Source: Dehalococcoidia bacterium (GTDB taxonomy: Bacteria > Chloroflexota > Dehalococcoidia > Lucifugimonadales > CAJWER01). From it: 64,000 nucleotides of DNA. The stretch is from contig CBDHCU010000001.1 of the NCBI GenBank assembly GCA_965261325.1, positions 357,620 through 421,619 of the forward strand, in the 5' to 3' direction. Positions 55,101 to 63,500 of the stretch are shown piece after piece. The notes below the pieces were generated by a model. It made no database searches, had not been told where the DNA came from, and saw only the letters and a list, made by a program, of their open reading frames with translations. The position numbers were made by a program, and so were the translations under genes. Position 1 is the first letter of the stretch; the number at the start of each line of letters is the position of its first letter.

Positions 55101-58100
55101 CCGGCCAGCGCCGAGGTCACCGTCAACGACAACGACGTCCCCGCGCCCGTGGCCGCCGGGACCATCCCCGCCGCCTCGGTGGCCGTGAACGCCACGCAGG
55201 ACGTGGATGTTTCGGGCGCCTTCACCGGCACGGGCATCACCTACACGGCGAGTTCTTCCGCCACTGACAAGGCCACGGTGACGGTGAGCGGCCCGATGGT
55301 CACGGTGACGGGCGTTGCCGTAGGCACGGCGACGATCACCGTTACGGCCACCAACACCGGCGGCAGTGTCGATCAGACCTTCGTGGTTACCGTCACCGCC
55401 GCGCCGCCCGTCGCCTCCGGGACCATCGACGACATCACGATTGTGGTGAGCACTTCCCGGAATATTGACGTCGCGTCCTACTTCAGCGGCACGGTGGACA
55501 CCTACACCGTCGGATCCTCTGATGCAACCGTGGTCGCGGCCTTTGTGACGGCATCGACGTCGAACATCACGCTCACAAGCTTCCGGATTCAGACCACGGT
55601 CACGATCACCGTGACGGCCACCAACACCGGCGGCAGCGTCGATCAGACGTTCGAGGTCACCGTCGGCCCCGCCGCCGTGCCCGTCGCGATGGGGACCATC
55701 CCCGACGCCTCGGTGGTCGTTGGCGAAGCTGGCTATTTTGTGAACGCCGCTACCTACTTCACCGGCACGGTGGACACCTACACGGCCTCGTCCAGCGACG
55801 ACACCAAGGCCACCGTCAGCGTGGCAGCCACGTTCGTCACGGTGACGGGCGTCGCCGCGGGCACGGCGGAGATCACCGTCACGGCCACCAACACCGGCGG
55901 CAGCGTCGATCAGACCTTCACCGTCACCGTCACCGCCGCCGCGAACCAAGCGCCCGTGTTCACGGATGGCCCCGACGCCACGCGCGAAGTCCCCGAGAAC
56001 AGCGGGGCCAACGTCAACGTGGGCGCGGCGGTGGCGGCCACGGACCCGGAGAACGACCTCCTCAGCTACTCGCTGGGCGGCACCGACGCCGGTTCCTTCG
56101 ATATCGACGGCGGGACGGGCCAGATCAAGACCAAGTCCGGCGTCACCTACGACTACGAGATGAAGTCCAGCTACTCGGTGAGGGTGTCCGTGGCGGCGGC
56201 AGGCGGCGACGACAACATCGACGTCACCATCAACCTGACGGACGTCAACGACGCGCCCGTGTTCACGGAGGGCCCCACCGCAACGCGCGAGTTCCCGGAG
56301 AACACCGCCGCGGGCACGGACATCGGCAACCCCGTAACCGCCACGGACCAGGACAGGCCCGCGAACACCCTGAGCTACACCCTGTCGGGCACGGACGGCG
56401 ACTCCTTCAGCATCGTGCAGTCCACCGGCCAGCTGACCACCAAGTCCGGCATCACCTACGACTTCGAGGCGAAGTCCAGCTACTCGGTAATGGTGTCGGT
56501 GAGCGACGGCAGGGTGAGCAACAACAGCGACTCCATCGCCGTCACCATCAACCTGACCGACGTGGCCGAGCTGCCCGATGCGCCCGTTGCCTCCGGGAGC
56601 ATCGACGCTGTCTCGGTGGCCGTTGGGGCCATGCAGGACGTGGATGTTTCGGGCGCCTTCACGGGCACGGTGGACAGCTACACGGCGGTTTCCGACGCCA
56701 CTGACAAGGCCACCGTCGCGGTGAGCGGCTCGACGGTCACGGTCACGGGCGTTGCCGTGGGCACGGCGACGATTACCGTGACGGCGACCAACGGCGGCGG
56801 GAGCGCGGAGCAGACGTTCGTGGTGACGGTGACGGCGCGCACCTTACAGAGCGAGGCTGACGGCGTTACCGTTTACGTGCGCGATGTTCCCGCGGGCAAG
56901 ATGCTGACGGTGGGTGTGCTCGCGGGCGGCCACGCCAGCCGGACGGCTCCGGCGGGCAAGGCGTTCGCATCGGGCCCGGTGGAGGTCAACCTGTTCCCGC
57001 CGCTCAGCGGCGAGACGGTCAGCGTCTGCCTGTCGGGGACCGGCGATCTGGCGCGGCACAACGGTACCCAGTGGGATACGCTGGCGACGACGCCCGAAAC
57101 GATCAACGGCGGCGCATTCGCCTGCGCGGACGTAACGGCGTTCTCGCCCTTCGCGGTCCTCGCCGACGCCGCGCCGACCGGCAGGATGGAGATATGGAGC
57201 GCTACGTTGACGGTGGGGAACCTCGCCACGGCGTGGGGCTATCAGACGGCGGGCGCCTATGGCGCGCTTAGCCCCAACACGTTCAGGTTTAATGGGACGG
57301 ATTACACGGTTTCAGAGCTGAACCGAAGCGCCTTCAACGACATCGACTCCCTGAATTTCCAACCCGGCTCCACGTTGGGGGCCGGCACATTCACCCTGAG
57401 CCTGGGCGGGGTCGAGAATACCTTCGACGGAGAAGCCAATTACCAGGGCACGCCCGCAATCTACCACCTCAGCGCTTCCCGCATTTCGCCGTTCACGCCC
57501 CTGACGTTCACGAGCGGCACAGTCGAGGTCATCCTGTATCAGGCTGCGGCCACCACGCCGCCGATGGCCTCCGGGACCATCCCCGCCGTCTCGGTGGCGG
57601 TTGGCGCCGCGCATTACCTGGGTGTCGCGCCCTACTTCACCGGCACGGTGGACACCTACGCGGCATCCTCCTCGGACATCACCACGGCCACCGTCGAGGT
57701 GACCGGCTCGACGGTCACGGTGACCGGCGTCGCCGAGCGCACGGCCACGATCACGGTGACGGCGACCAACGACGACGGCAGCGCTGAGCAGACCTTCATG
57801 GTGACGGTCAAGCGGCTCTTTGCGCCGGAGAACCTCACCGCCGTCTGGGCGGGCAGCGGGTTGGGCCTGGAATGGGACGCGGTGACGAACGCCGACAGCT
57901 ACGTCGTGCAGTGGAAGTCGGGCGGCGAGAGCTATGACGAGGCGACCCGCCAGGCGGACGCCGCCGGGACCAGCCACGTCATCGCGGGCCTGACGAACGG
58001 CACGTCGTACACGCTGCGCGTCGCCGCCGTCGACAACATCGGCGACGGCCCCTGGTCCGATGAGGTCACGACGCCCGCGACGCCCGCGAGCACGGTCACC

Positions 58101-60506
58101 ATCGCGGGCGGGATCAGCGTGGATGAAGGCGCCCCCTACTCCGGTGAACGGCAGTCCGCGCTGGGGTACACGCTGACGTTCAGCCCGGCGATCACCGTGC
58201 CGGTGACGGTCTACTACTCCTCCGTCCACGCCGGCTCCACCGCCCGCTACGGCCAGGACTTCACCTACCGGAGCGAGCGGGTGTTGGACAGCGGCCCGCT
58301 GTTCGATGCGTTGAAGATACCGGAGACGCTGCCGGCCGTGTCGGCGCCGGTCGCCGCGTTGGAGATCGACGCCTCAGCGGGCAGCCCCGTAACCACCGCG
58401 CACATCGTCATGACGATCCAGGGAGACAGCGTCCACGAGACCGACGAGACGGTGCAGGTCCGGCTGCTCGGCGCGTCGAACGCCACGCTCGGCAGCACGA
58501 TCGAGGCCACGAACACCATCGTCAACGACGACGAGCCGGCGGAGATCATCGTGATCGAACCCCGGCCGATCTTCGAAGGCCATATGATCAACATGGAGGT
58601 CCGGCTCAGCGCGCCCAGCGAGACCGAGATCACGTTGGACTACGAGGTCCTTGACACGAGCACCGCCGTCCCCGGCGGCCCCGGAGCCGGCGACTACCCC
58701 CTGAACGCCCTGCCGGGAGGAACGCTTACCTTCGCTCCCCACGCCACCGTTCAGACGCTGAATATCTGGGCGAAGGCCGACGACGAGGTTGAAGGGGACG
58801 AAACCATCAACCTGCGCTTCAGCAACCCCGTGGGCGCGGCGCTCCGCGACGTCGACGGCAGCGGCAACGTGGACGTGACCGCCATCATCCTCGACGAGGA
58901 CTCCATCCCGCTCGTCACCATCACGGGCGGCCCCCCTGTTGCCGTGGGCGATTCCGCTCAGTTCACCGTTATCGCCGACCCCGCGCCCACGACGGACATG
59001 GTCGTGAACCTGTACATCACCGCCACTGCCGGCTACGTCGCCGATGCCGAGCTGGGCGCAAAGAGCGTGACCATCCCGGCGAACCAGGCGACGGCCACCT
59101 ACAGCGTCGCCACCATCGACGACGTCGTGAGCGAACCCAGAGGCACGGTCGCGGCCACCCTGGCGTCCGGCGACCGCTACACCCGCGGGTCGCCCAACAC
59201 GGCGGCAGTGATCGTGGGCGAGCTGGCCCCCGCCGTCATCGTCTCCGAGGCCGTCCTCACGGTGGCCGAGAACGGCGGCACGGCCTCCTATACCATCAAG
59301 CTGAACAGCCCACCGCCGGCCGACGTGCAGATCAATATTCTTGTAACGGGGGATACCGGCGCGGTCAGGGTCAGCCCCCGACTCCGGACCGTTAACCGGA
59401 CCAGCTGGGAATCGACATACACGGTCACCATCACAGGCATAAACGACGACATCGACAATCCCAACGACCGGCGCTCGGTCACCATCACGCACACCGTGGA
59501 TGCCTGGGACGTGGAGGGCAACCGGGGCGGGGTCTACGACGAAATCAGCGTCAACTCCGTCTTCGTGATCGTCACCGACGACGACGCCCCGTCCACCGTC
59601 CCGGACGCCCCCGCCGCGCCCAACGTGACGTCGGTCCAGAGGGATAACCTGTACGTAACGTGGGCGGCGCCGTCGAACGCCGGGCGTCCCGCCATCACCC
59701 ACTACAAGGTCCGCTACCGCGTCAACGGGGTCGGCTCATTCACCGAACCCGATTTGAATCTCCCGACGTCGCCGCTGAACGTGAACCTCAACATGCTCAT
59801 GTTCGACACCGAATATGAGGTGCAGATGCAGGCGGTGAACGCCGACGGCGCCAGCCCCTGGTCCGTCTCCGGCACGGGGACGACGGGCGCGGCGCCCACC
59901 GTGACGCTGACGCTGACGCCGGCCGACATCAACGAGAGCGGCACGGGGAACGTGAGCACGGTAACGGTGGCGATGAACGTGCAGTTGACTCAGGATGTGA
60001 CGGTGGACGTGTCGGCAACGGCGGTGTCCCCCGCGGTCGCGGGCGACTTCACGCTGAGCGGCAACACGACGCTGACGATAACGAAAGGACAGACGATCAG
60101 CGCCGGCGCCGTGACCATCACCGCCGTCGACAACAGCGTGGACGCGGTGAACAAGACCGTCACCGTCAGCGGGACCAGCACACCAGCCACGCTGACAGTG
60201 ACCGCCGCCACGCTGACCATCACCGACGACGATGCGCCTGCGGTCATCCCCGTCATCACCATCGCGGCGGGCACGTCCCCGGTGACGGAGGGCACGGCGG
60301 CAACCTTCACCGTCACCGCAAGCCCCGTGCCCACGGCCAACCTGGACGTGAGCCTGATCATCGATCAGTCCGGGGACTACGTCGCCGCCGGGGACCTGGG
60401 CCTCGGCAAGACCGTGACCATCCTGGCGAACGCGGCGACGGCCACCTACGCCGTCGCCACCATCGCCGACAGCGTGGACGAGATCAACGGCTCCGTGACG
60501 GCGTAG
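46098..60506 (+). CDS. Giant adhesin-like protein 3, segment 2 (4802 codons): FN3, WSATLT-type modules, Calx-beta, cadherin, Big_2-like, NWNT modules
   Basis: Open frame 3. Its first ~15 codons (MLRTRRRPASRRCAA) look like out-of-frame read-in. LLLTWDAQTGATGYDVRYR is the body of an FN3 whose N-terminal strand (PDAPNAPTAG...) is encoded in frame 2 of segment 1. It ends at a TAG in the middle of a Calx-beta-like module. Confidence 0.8.
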   Translation: MLRTRRRPASRRCAALLLTWDAQTGATGYDVRYRVQGSGEIGWTDGPQDVTETGAVVDGLTAGQSYEFQVRAGNDIGDSAWSPTSAAVTMDSTTPGGLIWWSTMTAANDAGFRRGYFNTVSGEFGLLSKRAFQYGGGEVRIQAIQTDSISSFGINTERDEGITRTPEAAYTLYTDGTPGVWPSFPGSTPAGQFSLEPQTPDPIWAVGQEVEFRLIETRPPLAPAVTVTPRMTGEAGQLDIAWTPADNTGRPAVTVYKVRYRLSSVTEWMEGMHHLPASHEPSIFLASLETGAGYDVQMRAVNIDGDGPWSATATGNASNGFEDVAIWSATMTTGQQQVGGGGPNPFTRYGYGDPSVSFVGGSLSSTTFNHGGQSYTVRQIYHKSASNTPAALVFELDRRLNGKHALVFSTAGDTRVVRFDGVHSCSIGDNDCDVTVQNPGLPQWAVGTKVIVALVLAPTVSVAAVNDSVTEGESAEFAVTASRAPIVDLPVTLTIAAAGEYGVDAGNKDLVIPAGQTSAIYDAATTDDDVDAEDGTVTATLAGSVNYDIAAGSATVGVTNDDDAPPTVSIAANQVRLVFSGDTVQLRGTASDRQTADADLTIAWTQTGGTPSVALTGANTVTASFTAPNVTANTDLTFRLTVTDGGGSTATADVTITIGQGFENAIWRSWLTAGSRDLTYAIGGTATRVGFEDSGGLTERRFSHAGTYYVAEMFYDRNRLSSGGQSLEDTPLYFYLSRRSTGNSCPVDNLSGALVLAIRSGGQTTLLRFDGASGRCIGRPAGQLSYSLPNHGLSWSAGDLVEVALLPPPTLSIAAVEDTVLEEAPVRLRVTADRAPLTDLPVTLNIAVVGNYGIAAGNRDLVIPAGQTSVNYNVNTLDDNVRGSIGSVTATLVDTANYNVAAAPANAAQALIHDTQNTLLWDANLDSQARPAGVRDTTGYFTYGGSHIRRGSLTPNTFSFRGATYSVSWLASSGGNVTFTVDRGLGLGTFVLTMGGNIRTFQGSDSQTYNVPGSFQRDTSIRVTLWQSQGPPVFNDGGAATRSIDENAGTVQSPGAPIGDPVTANDPNPGQAVTYSLGGTNAASFTLNAANGQISTRAGVNYDHEAKDSYSVTVTATDDSGNDDNSADIDVTINVNDVAEPPLAPGQPSLAAQSETSLSVTVTPPDNTGRPSITGYRAQYRVNGSGDAFTLSDADSAAPVFDISNLQANKEYEVQARAVNADGNGAWSASGTGSTDAPPGPPTFSVDSPSVNEGSDLTFTATLSSPATGVSIVRYALGGTALEADPGRSIIGDYAYSTATPPQSNATRFYFATGASEATITFTTVDDPFDEDDETVVLTLSSPRNVTLAANTATGTIIDNDGPLANNAPVFAQDSTSRSIAETVGAAQDAGRTIGAAVTATDADNDALTYSLEGTDAASFEIVAASGQLRTKVGETYDREAKASYSVTVKATDPSSANDTIDVTIDITNVSEPPLAPGTPTVAGVTTTQITVRAAPPDNTGRPAITGYRAQYRVNDSGDAFTLSDAESATPAFDISNLQANTEYEVQARAVNADGNGAWSASGTGSMSAVPTVSVTALPAEVDEGQDVTFTVTADPLPLANLLVTVNITAEGAYGVTPGHHDLTLPPGSGRASFLITTTDNPAITPHGSVTATVAAGVGYTVGTSTVVVRILDGDDSVPDAPATPAVTADTATSVSVRWNVPSGSFSVPTGYDLRYRLDGDPAGFTAGPQNVSGTTALITGLAPSTAYEAQARARNKAGVSGWSDTGRGSTGAPPVVSGTIPDASVIIGDDHVVDAATYFTGTVDTYTADSSDDTKATVAVTGSTVTVTGVAAGTATITVTATNSGGMATQTFDITVTARGITLVTDPPTTGPVYALTVTEGGTETYTVVLDTQPAANVTVTPGSSNEAIATVSGPLTFTASDWSTAQTVTVTGVNSAVNNGVATIFHTVAGVGYSSMTAAAVDVTVTARSITLVTDPPTTAPDYALTVTDGGMETYTVVLDTQPAANVTVTPESSNTAIATVSGPLTFTASDWSTAQTVTVNGVSSFVSGGVTTIFHTVAGVGYSSTTADVDVTVTARGITLVTDPPTTGPDYALTVAENADTETYTVVLDTQPTADVTVALVRTGDSGAATLSTPTLTFTTGNWNVAQTVTVTGVNDDIDNAGDERTLTITHTANGGGYVNVAAALAVTVTDDDTEDDIPDALDFPDVTAPAGTSVTSDPATIAGINVPVRIALSVVPSNATFTCLVDRTTDCAAGLAAVSAGQTVTLTATPGANDGDTVAITVTLGEAPNAVSSTWTLTTGGVPRLPAPQNLTAAWAGNDKLFLEWDALTDALSYLVQWRAAGENYNAETREEPVTDPNHVISGLTPGTAYTLRVAGVVQHTAGVWSNEVTTSTTTVTIAGGQTVPEGEPSVETRTGSTLGYTLTFSSAITEPVTVYFAYVKAGTTAQSNQDFVYHVHSEVVSSGPLFDALQSVDLGIIGKWEIPASAGSPVTTAILPVTVYGDYRFEADETVQIRLLGVTNAALGSTLTATNTIQNDDALPEIIVGESRSVYEGNTIEVDVYLSAASETTVTVQYHDLRTGTAVPGGSGTGDYPLDRLGTEALPKTLTFPPATRDQTVSIWAKSDDDVEGDETIDLRFHSAMNATLRGADGSGNLDVTATILDEDLRPIITVTSGAPVAVGADAEFILIAQPTPTTDVTVHMEIDATAGYVDPANLGGKTVIIPANQATFTYSVATIDGDATSPSGAVRVTLQPDSAAATPATASYTRGAAYEATVTVGDNESPAVIVSEAVLTVDENGGEATYTIKLNGRPNRGNVTVTRYIDDTSVVDVSPGSVTFGTSNWNTPQTFTVTGVNDNIDNPNDQRSATITHAVTTENSGFYEGISINSGFVIVTDDDDAAPLPVITVTAVNPSVTEGQPAQFTLTATPSPDVALTVDFTLALTGNYVTGISSGPKTRVISTSGALTFSIATIDDTAVETDGSVTVTLTDGNGYTVGDPASAEVTVNDNDVPAPVAAGTIPAASVAVNATQDVDVSGAFTGTGITYTASSSATDKATVTVSGPMVTVTGVAVGTATITVTATNTGGSVDQTFVVTVTAAPPVASGTIDDITIVVSTSRNIDVASYFSGTVDTYTVGSSDATVVAAFVTASTSNITLTSFRIQTTVTITVTATNTGGSVDQTFEVTVGPAAVPVAMGTIPDASVVVGEAGYFVNAATYFTGTVDTYTASSSDDTKATVSVAATFVTVTGVAAGTAEITVTATNTGGSVDQTFTVTVTAAANQAPVFTDGPDATREVPENSGANVNVGAAVAATDPENDLLSYSLGGTDAGSFDIDGGTGQIKTKSGVTYDYEMKSSYSVRVSVAAAGGDDNIDVTINLTDVNDAPVFTEGPTATREFPENTAAGTDIGNPVTATDQDRPANTLSYTLSGTDGDSFSIVQSTGQLTTKSGITYDFEAKSSYSVMVSVSDGRVSNNSDSIAVTINLTDVAELPDAPVASGSIDAVSVAVGAMQDVDVSGAFTGTVDSYTAVSDATDKATVAVSGSTVTVTGVAVGTATITVTATNGGGSAEQTFVVTVTARTLQSEADGVTVYVRDVPAGKMLTVGVLAGGHASRTAPAGKAFASGPVEVNLFPPLSGETVSVCLSGTGDLARHNGTQWDTLATTPETINGGAFACADVTAFSPFAVLADAAPTGRMEIWSATLTVGNLATAWGYQTAGAYGALSPNTFRFNGTDYTVSELNRSAFNDIDSLNFQPGSTLGAGTFTLSLGGVENTFDGEANYQGTPAIYHLSASRISPFTPLTFTSGTVEVILYQAAATTPPMASGTIPAVSVAVGAAHYLGVAPYFTGTVDTYAASSSDITTATVEVTGSTVTVTGVAERTATITVTATNDDGSAEQTFMVTVKRLFAPENLTAVWAGSGLGLEWDAVTNADSYVVQWKSGGESYDEATRQADAAGTSHVIAGLTNGTSYTLRVAAVDNIGDGPWSDEVTTPATPASTVTIAGGISVDEGAPYSGERQSALGYTLTFSPAITVPVTVYYSSVHAGSTARYGQDFTYRSERVLDSGPLFDALKIPETLPAVSAPVAALEIDASAGSPVTTAHIVMTIQGDSVHETDETVQVRLLGASNATLGSTIEATNTIVNDDEPAEIIVIEPRPIFEGHMINMEVRLSAPSETEITLDYEVLDTSTAVPGGPGAGDYPLNALPGGTLTFAPHATVQTLNIWAKADDEVEGDETINLRFSNPVGAALRDVDGSGNVDVTAIILDEDSIPLVTITGGPPVAVGDSAQFTVIADPAPTTDMVVNLYITATAGYVADAELGAKSVTIPANQATATYSVATIDDVVSEPRGTVAATLASGDRYTRGSPNTAAVIVGELAPAVIVSEAVLTVAENGGTASYTIKLNSPPPADVQINILVTGDTGAVRVSPRLRTVNRTSWESTYTVTITGINDDIDNPNDRRSVTITHTVDAWDVEGNRGGVYDEISVNSVFVIVTDDDAPSTVPDAPAAPNVTSVQRDNLYVTWAAPSNAGRPAITHYKVRYRVNGVGSFTEPDLNLPTSPLNVNLNMLMFDTEYEVQMQAVNADGASPWSVSGTGTTGAAPTVTLTLTPADINESGTGNVSTVTVAMNVQLTQDVTVDVSATAVSPAVAGDFTLSGNTTLTITKGQTISAGAVTITAVDNSVDAVNKTVTVSGTSTPATLTVTAATLTITDDDAPAVIPVITIAAGTSPVTEGTAATFTVTASPVPTANLDVSLIIDQSGDYVAAGDLGLGKTVTILANAATATYAVATIADSVDEINGSVTA
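51671..52690 (+). repeat. Three tandem ~330-bp near-identical modules (ARGITLVTDPPTT...TFTASDWSTAQTVTV...)
   Basis: Units start at 51671, 52002 and 52328. The first two are almost identical at the nucleotide level over more than 250 bp. Confidence 0.85.
53021..54803 (+). repeat. 1.8-kb super-repeat, copy A (FN3 + 3 Calx-beta-like + NWNT module)
   Basis: Collinear with 57816-59587. For example, LPAPQNLTAAWAGNDKLFLEWDALTDALSYLVQW aligns with LFAPENLTAVWAGSGLGLEWDAVTNADSYVVQW, and GYTLTFSSAITEPVTVY with GYTLTFSPAITVPVTVY. Both copies contain DETVQIRLLG / DETVQVRLLG, EGDETIDLRF / EGDETINLRF and VIVSEAVLTVxENGG. Confidence 0.85.
57816..59587 (+). repeat. 1.8-kb super-repeat, copy B
   Basis: See copy A. 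Confidence 0.85.
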
Positions 60507-63500
60507 GTGGCGGCGGGCGCGGGCTACATCGTGGGCAGCCCGTCCATGGCCACCGTCAACGTCAACGACGACGACACGCGCGGCATCACGCTGACCACCA
60601 CCCCGCCCTCGGACCCGCCGGCCCTCACGGTGGCGGAGAACGACACGGCGAGGTACGCCGTCGTCCTGACCAGCGAGCCGACCGTCACCGTCACCGTCAC
60701 GCCGGTCTCCGCCAGTCTCGCCACGGCCACGGTCTCCGGCCCGCTGACCTTCACCACGTCCAACTGGGACATGGCGCAGACCGTCACCGTCACGGGCGTG
60801 AGCGACGATGCGACTTCCGTCGTCATTTCCCACACGGTCGCGGGCGGCGACTACGCGGCGTTCGCGGCGCCGGCCGTCACCGTCACCGTCACCGCCGCCG
60901 TCTCCGGGCCCGTGTTCTCCATCGACTCGCCGACGGTGAACGAGAGCGCGGGGACACTGGAATTCACGGTCACCCTGAGCCCCGCCCCCGTCTCGGGGGA
61001 CCCGCTGCGCCGGGTCTTCTACCGGCTGGCCACGGACCCCGGCACGGCCACGGGGACCGCGGTTGGGCGCGACTACACCCTTAGCGGAACCCGCGTCGAC
61101 TTCCGAGCCACCGATGTTTCAGGATTGAAGATGATCAGCGTAGCGCTGACCGATGACGGGAGGCCGGAATTCGCCGAGACTATCCGCGTGGAGCTGCATA
61201 CCCCGACCAATGCCAGCATTTCGGGGACGAACGGGCTTGGGGTCGGCACGATCGAGGATAACGACACGGCGGTCCTCTCCATCAGCGGAACCAACGTCGA
61301 CGTCCAGGAGGGCGATCCGTTGACGATCAACGTGAAGCTCACCCCGGCCGGCGACCGGCCGATCACGGTCACGTACGCCACCGCCGCCGCCCTGACCGGG
61401 GTCGAAGCGGTGGCGGGGACGCACTACACCGCCCTCCTGAACGAGACGCTGACCTTCGACGCCAACGAGACGCTGAAGTCCGTGACGTTGCAGTCGCTCC
61501 ACGACCTTATCCACGACGTCAACCGGAACGTGGCCTTCGAGCTCTCCAACCCGGTGGGCGGCGCGACCATCGAAACGGGCAGGGCAGTCTACCGGATCAA
61601 CAACAGGGACGACGCGCCGGTCATACAGATCACCCAACCAACGGCCAATGAGCACGATGGGACGCTCGATTTCGACGTGACCCTCAATGGCGCGTCCGCG
61701 CAGCAGGTCACCGTGGACTACGCGGACGCCGGGACCGGCTCCGCGACGTCGGGGGCGGACTACACGGCCGTCACGGCGGGGACGCTCACCTTCGCGGCGC
61801 GCGCCACGGGCGACGCGGACAAGCAGACCGTCTCCGTCCAGATACTGGACGACACACTGAACGTAAACGATGCGGCCGAGGCGAAAAACGAGCACGTCAA
61901 TCTTGTCTTCTCGAACCCGATAAACGCGACCTTCACCGGCGAGAGCACGGCCGACCAAACCCGAACGGGCACCATCGTTGACAACGATCTCACGCTCGAC
62001 ACTCCGACCTCCGACGTCGCGCTCCAGGTGGGCCAGACCCACACCGTGAACCTCGCGAACATCGCCTTCGACGCGGACACCTACGCTGCGTCGTCGTCGC
62101 ACCCGAACATCGCCTCGACCGTGGTATCCGGCTCGGGCATGAGCACGATCGTCACCATCACCGCCGTCGCCGAGGGCGTCGCGACGATCTCGGCGGTGGT
62201 GAGCGTCGCGGCCACCGGCAGCAGCATCACCGACACCTTCACGGTCACCGTGACGCCGCTGCCCGTCATCTCCATCACGGCGGTCAACAACGCAGTCGCC
62301 GAGGGTTCGCCTGCCCAGTTCCGGGTAACCGCCAACCCCGCGCCGTCGACCCCCCTGACCGTCTCCCTGAACATCGCACAGACCGGCAACTACGTCGCCC
62401 CCGGCGGCGTGGGCGCCAAGACGGTGCCCTTCTTGGCGAACCAGGCGACGGCCACCTACACCGTCGCCACCGTGAACGACATGGTCGTCGCGGCCAACGG
62501 CACGGTGACGGCCACGCTGGCGGCGGGCACGGGCTACACGCTCTCCGCGACGCAGAACGCGGCGACCGTGATCGTCAACAACGACACGCGGGGCGTCACC
62601 GTCTCGCCGACGGGCGTTACGGTGGCCGAGGGCGGCGGCACGGCGCAGTACACCGTCGTCCTGATCGTCCAGCCCACGGGCAACGTGACGGTTACGCCGT
62701 CCAGCGACGACACCGAGGTCGCCACCGTCTCCGGCGCGCTCACCTTCACGACTTCCAACTGGGCCACGCCGCAGACGGTCACCGTCACCGGCGTGGAGGA
62801 CAGCATCGTCAACGTCAACCCCCGGAGCGCGAGCATCACGCACAGCGTAAGCGGCGGCGGCTACGACGGCGTCAGCGCCGCCTCCGTTGCCGTGACCGTG
62901 ACCGACAACGACACCCGCGGCATCACGGTGAGCAAGAGCGAGCTGTCGGTGAGCGAGGGCGCCGGCGGGACCTACACCGTGCGGCTGAACACCCAGCCCA
63001 CGGGCAACGTGACCGTCACGTCGACCAGCGACGCCCCCACCGTCGCCCCGGCCAGCCTGACCTTCGCGGCGGGGAACTGGAACACGCCGCAGACGGTCAC
63101 CGTCACCGGCGTGGACGACAACTTGGACGACCTCGACGCCGTGGGCACGGCGACGATCACCCACGCCGTCGCCGGCGGCGACTACGGCGCGAACACCGTC
63201 ACCGCCGCGGACGTGACGGTGACGGTGCGCCAGGCGGGCTACTTCTATCCCACTGACGCGCTCACGGAGGGCCTCTCCTATAACCAGCCTTTCACGCTCA
63301 CCCTGCCGGGGTACGACGACGTAACCGGGACGACCACCAGGACTCAGATGCGCGTGATCCGTGAGGGTATGTGGGAGCGCCTGCCGAAGCCGGACGGCCT
63401 TGATTCCAGCATCAACGCCGACAACGCCGTGCTCTGCTGGGAGGAGGTTGGCACAGCCTATACGTGGGTGAAGGACGGGGTTCAGATCACCCGCCCCAGC

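Noticed and set aside
53892-55949. Very long minus-strand ORFs inside the giant genes (for example 53892-55949 at 685 aa, 61119-63773 at 884 aa, 16344-17828, 8655-10112, 58374-59702, 1036-2022)
   Set aside because: They lie antisense to strongly supported plus-strand genes. They are Arg/Gly/Val/His-rich with no motifs. Such shadow ORFs are expected in ~65% GC DNA with GC3-rich codons.
60504-60506. Genome-wide reassignment of TAG as a sense codon
   Set aside because: At least five well-supported genes in the window terminate at TAG exactly where their homology ends (3201, 27568, 35002, 38272, 41196).
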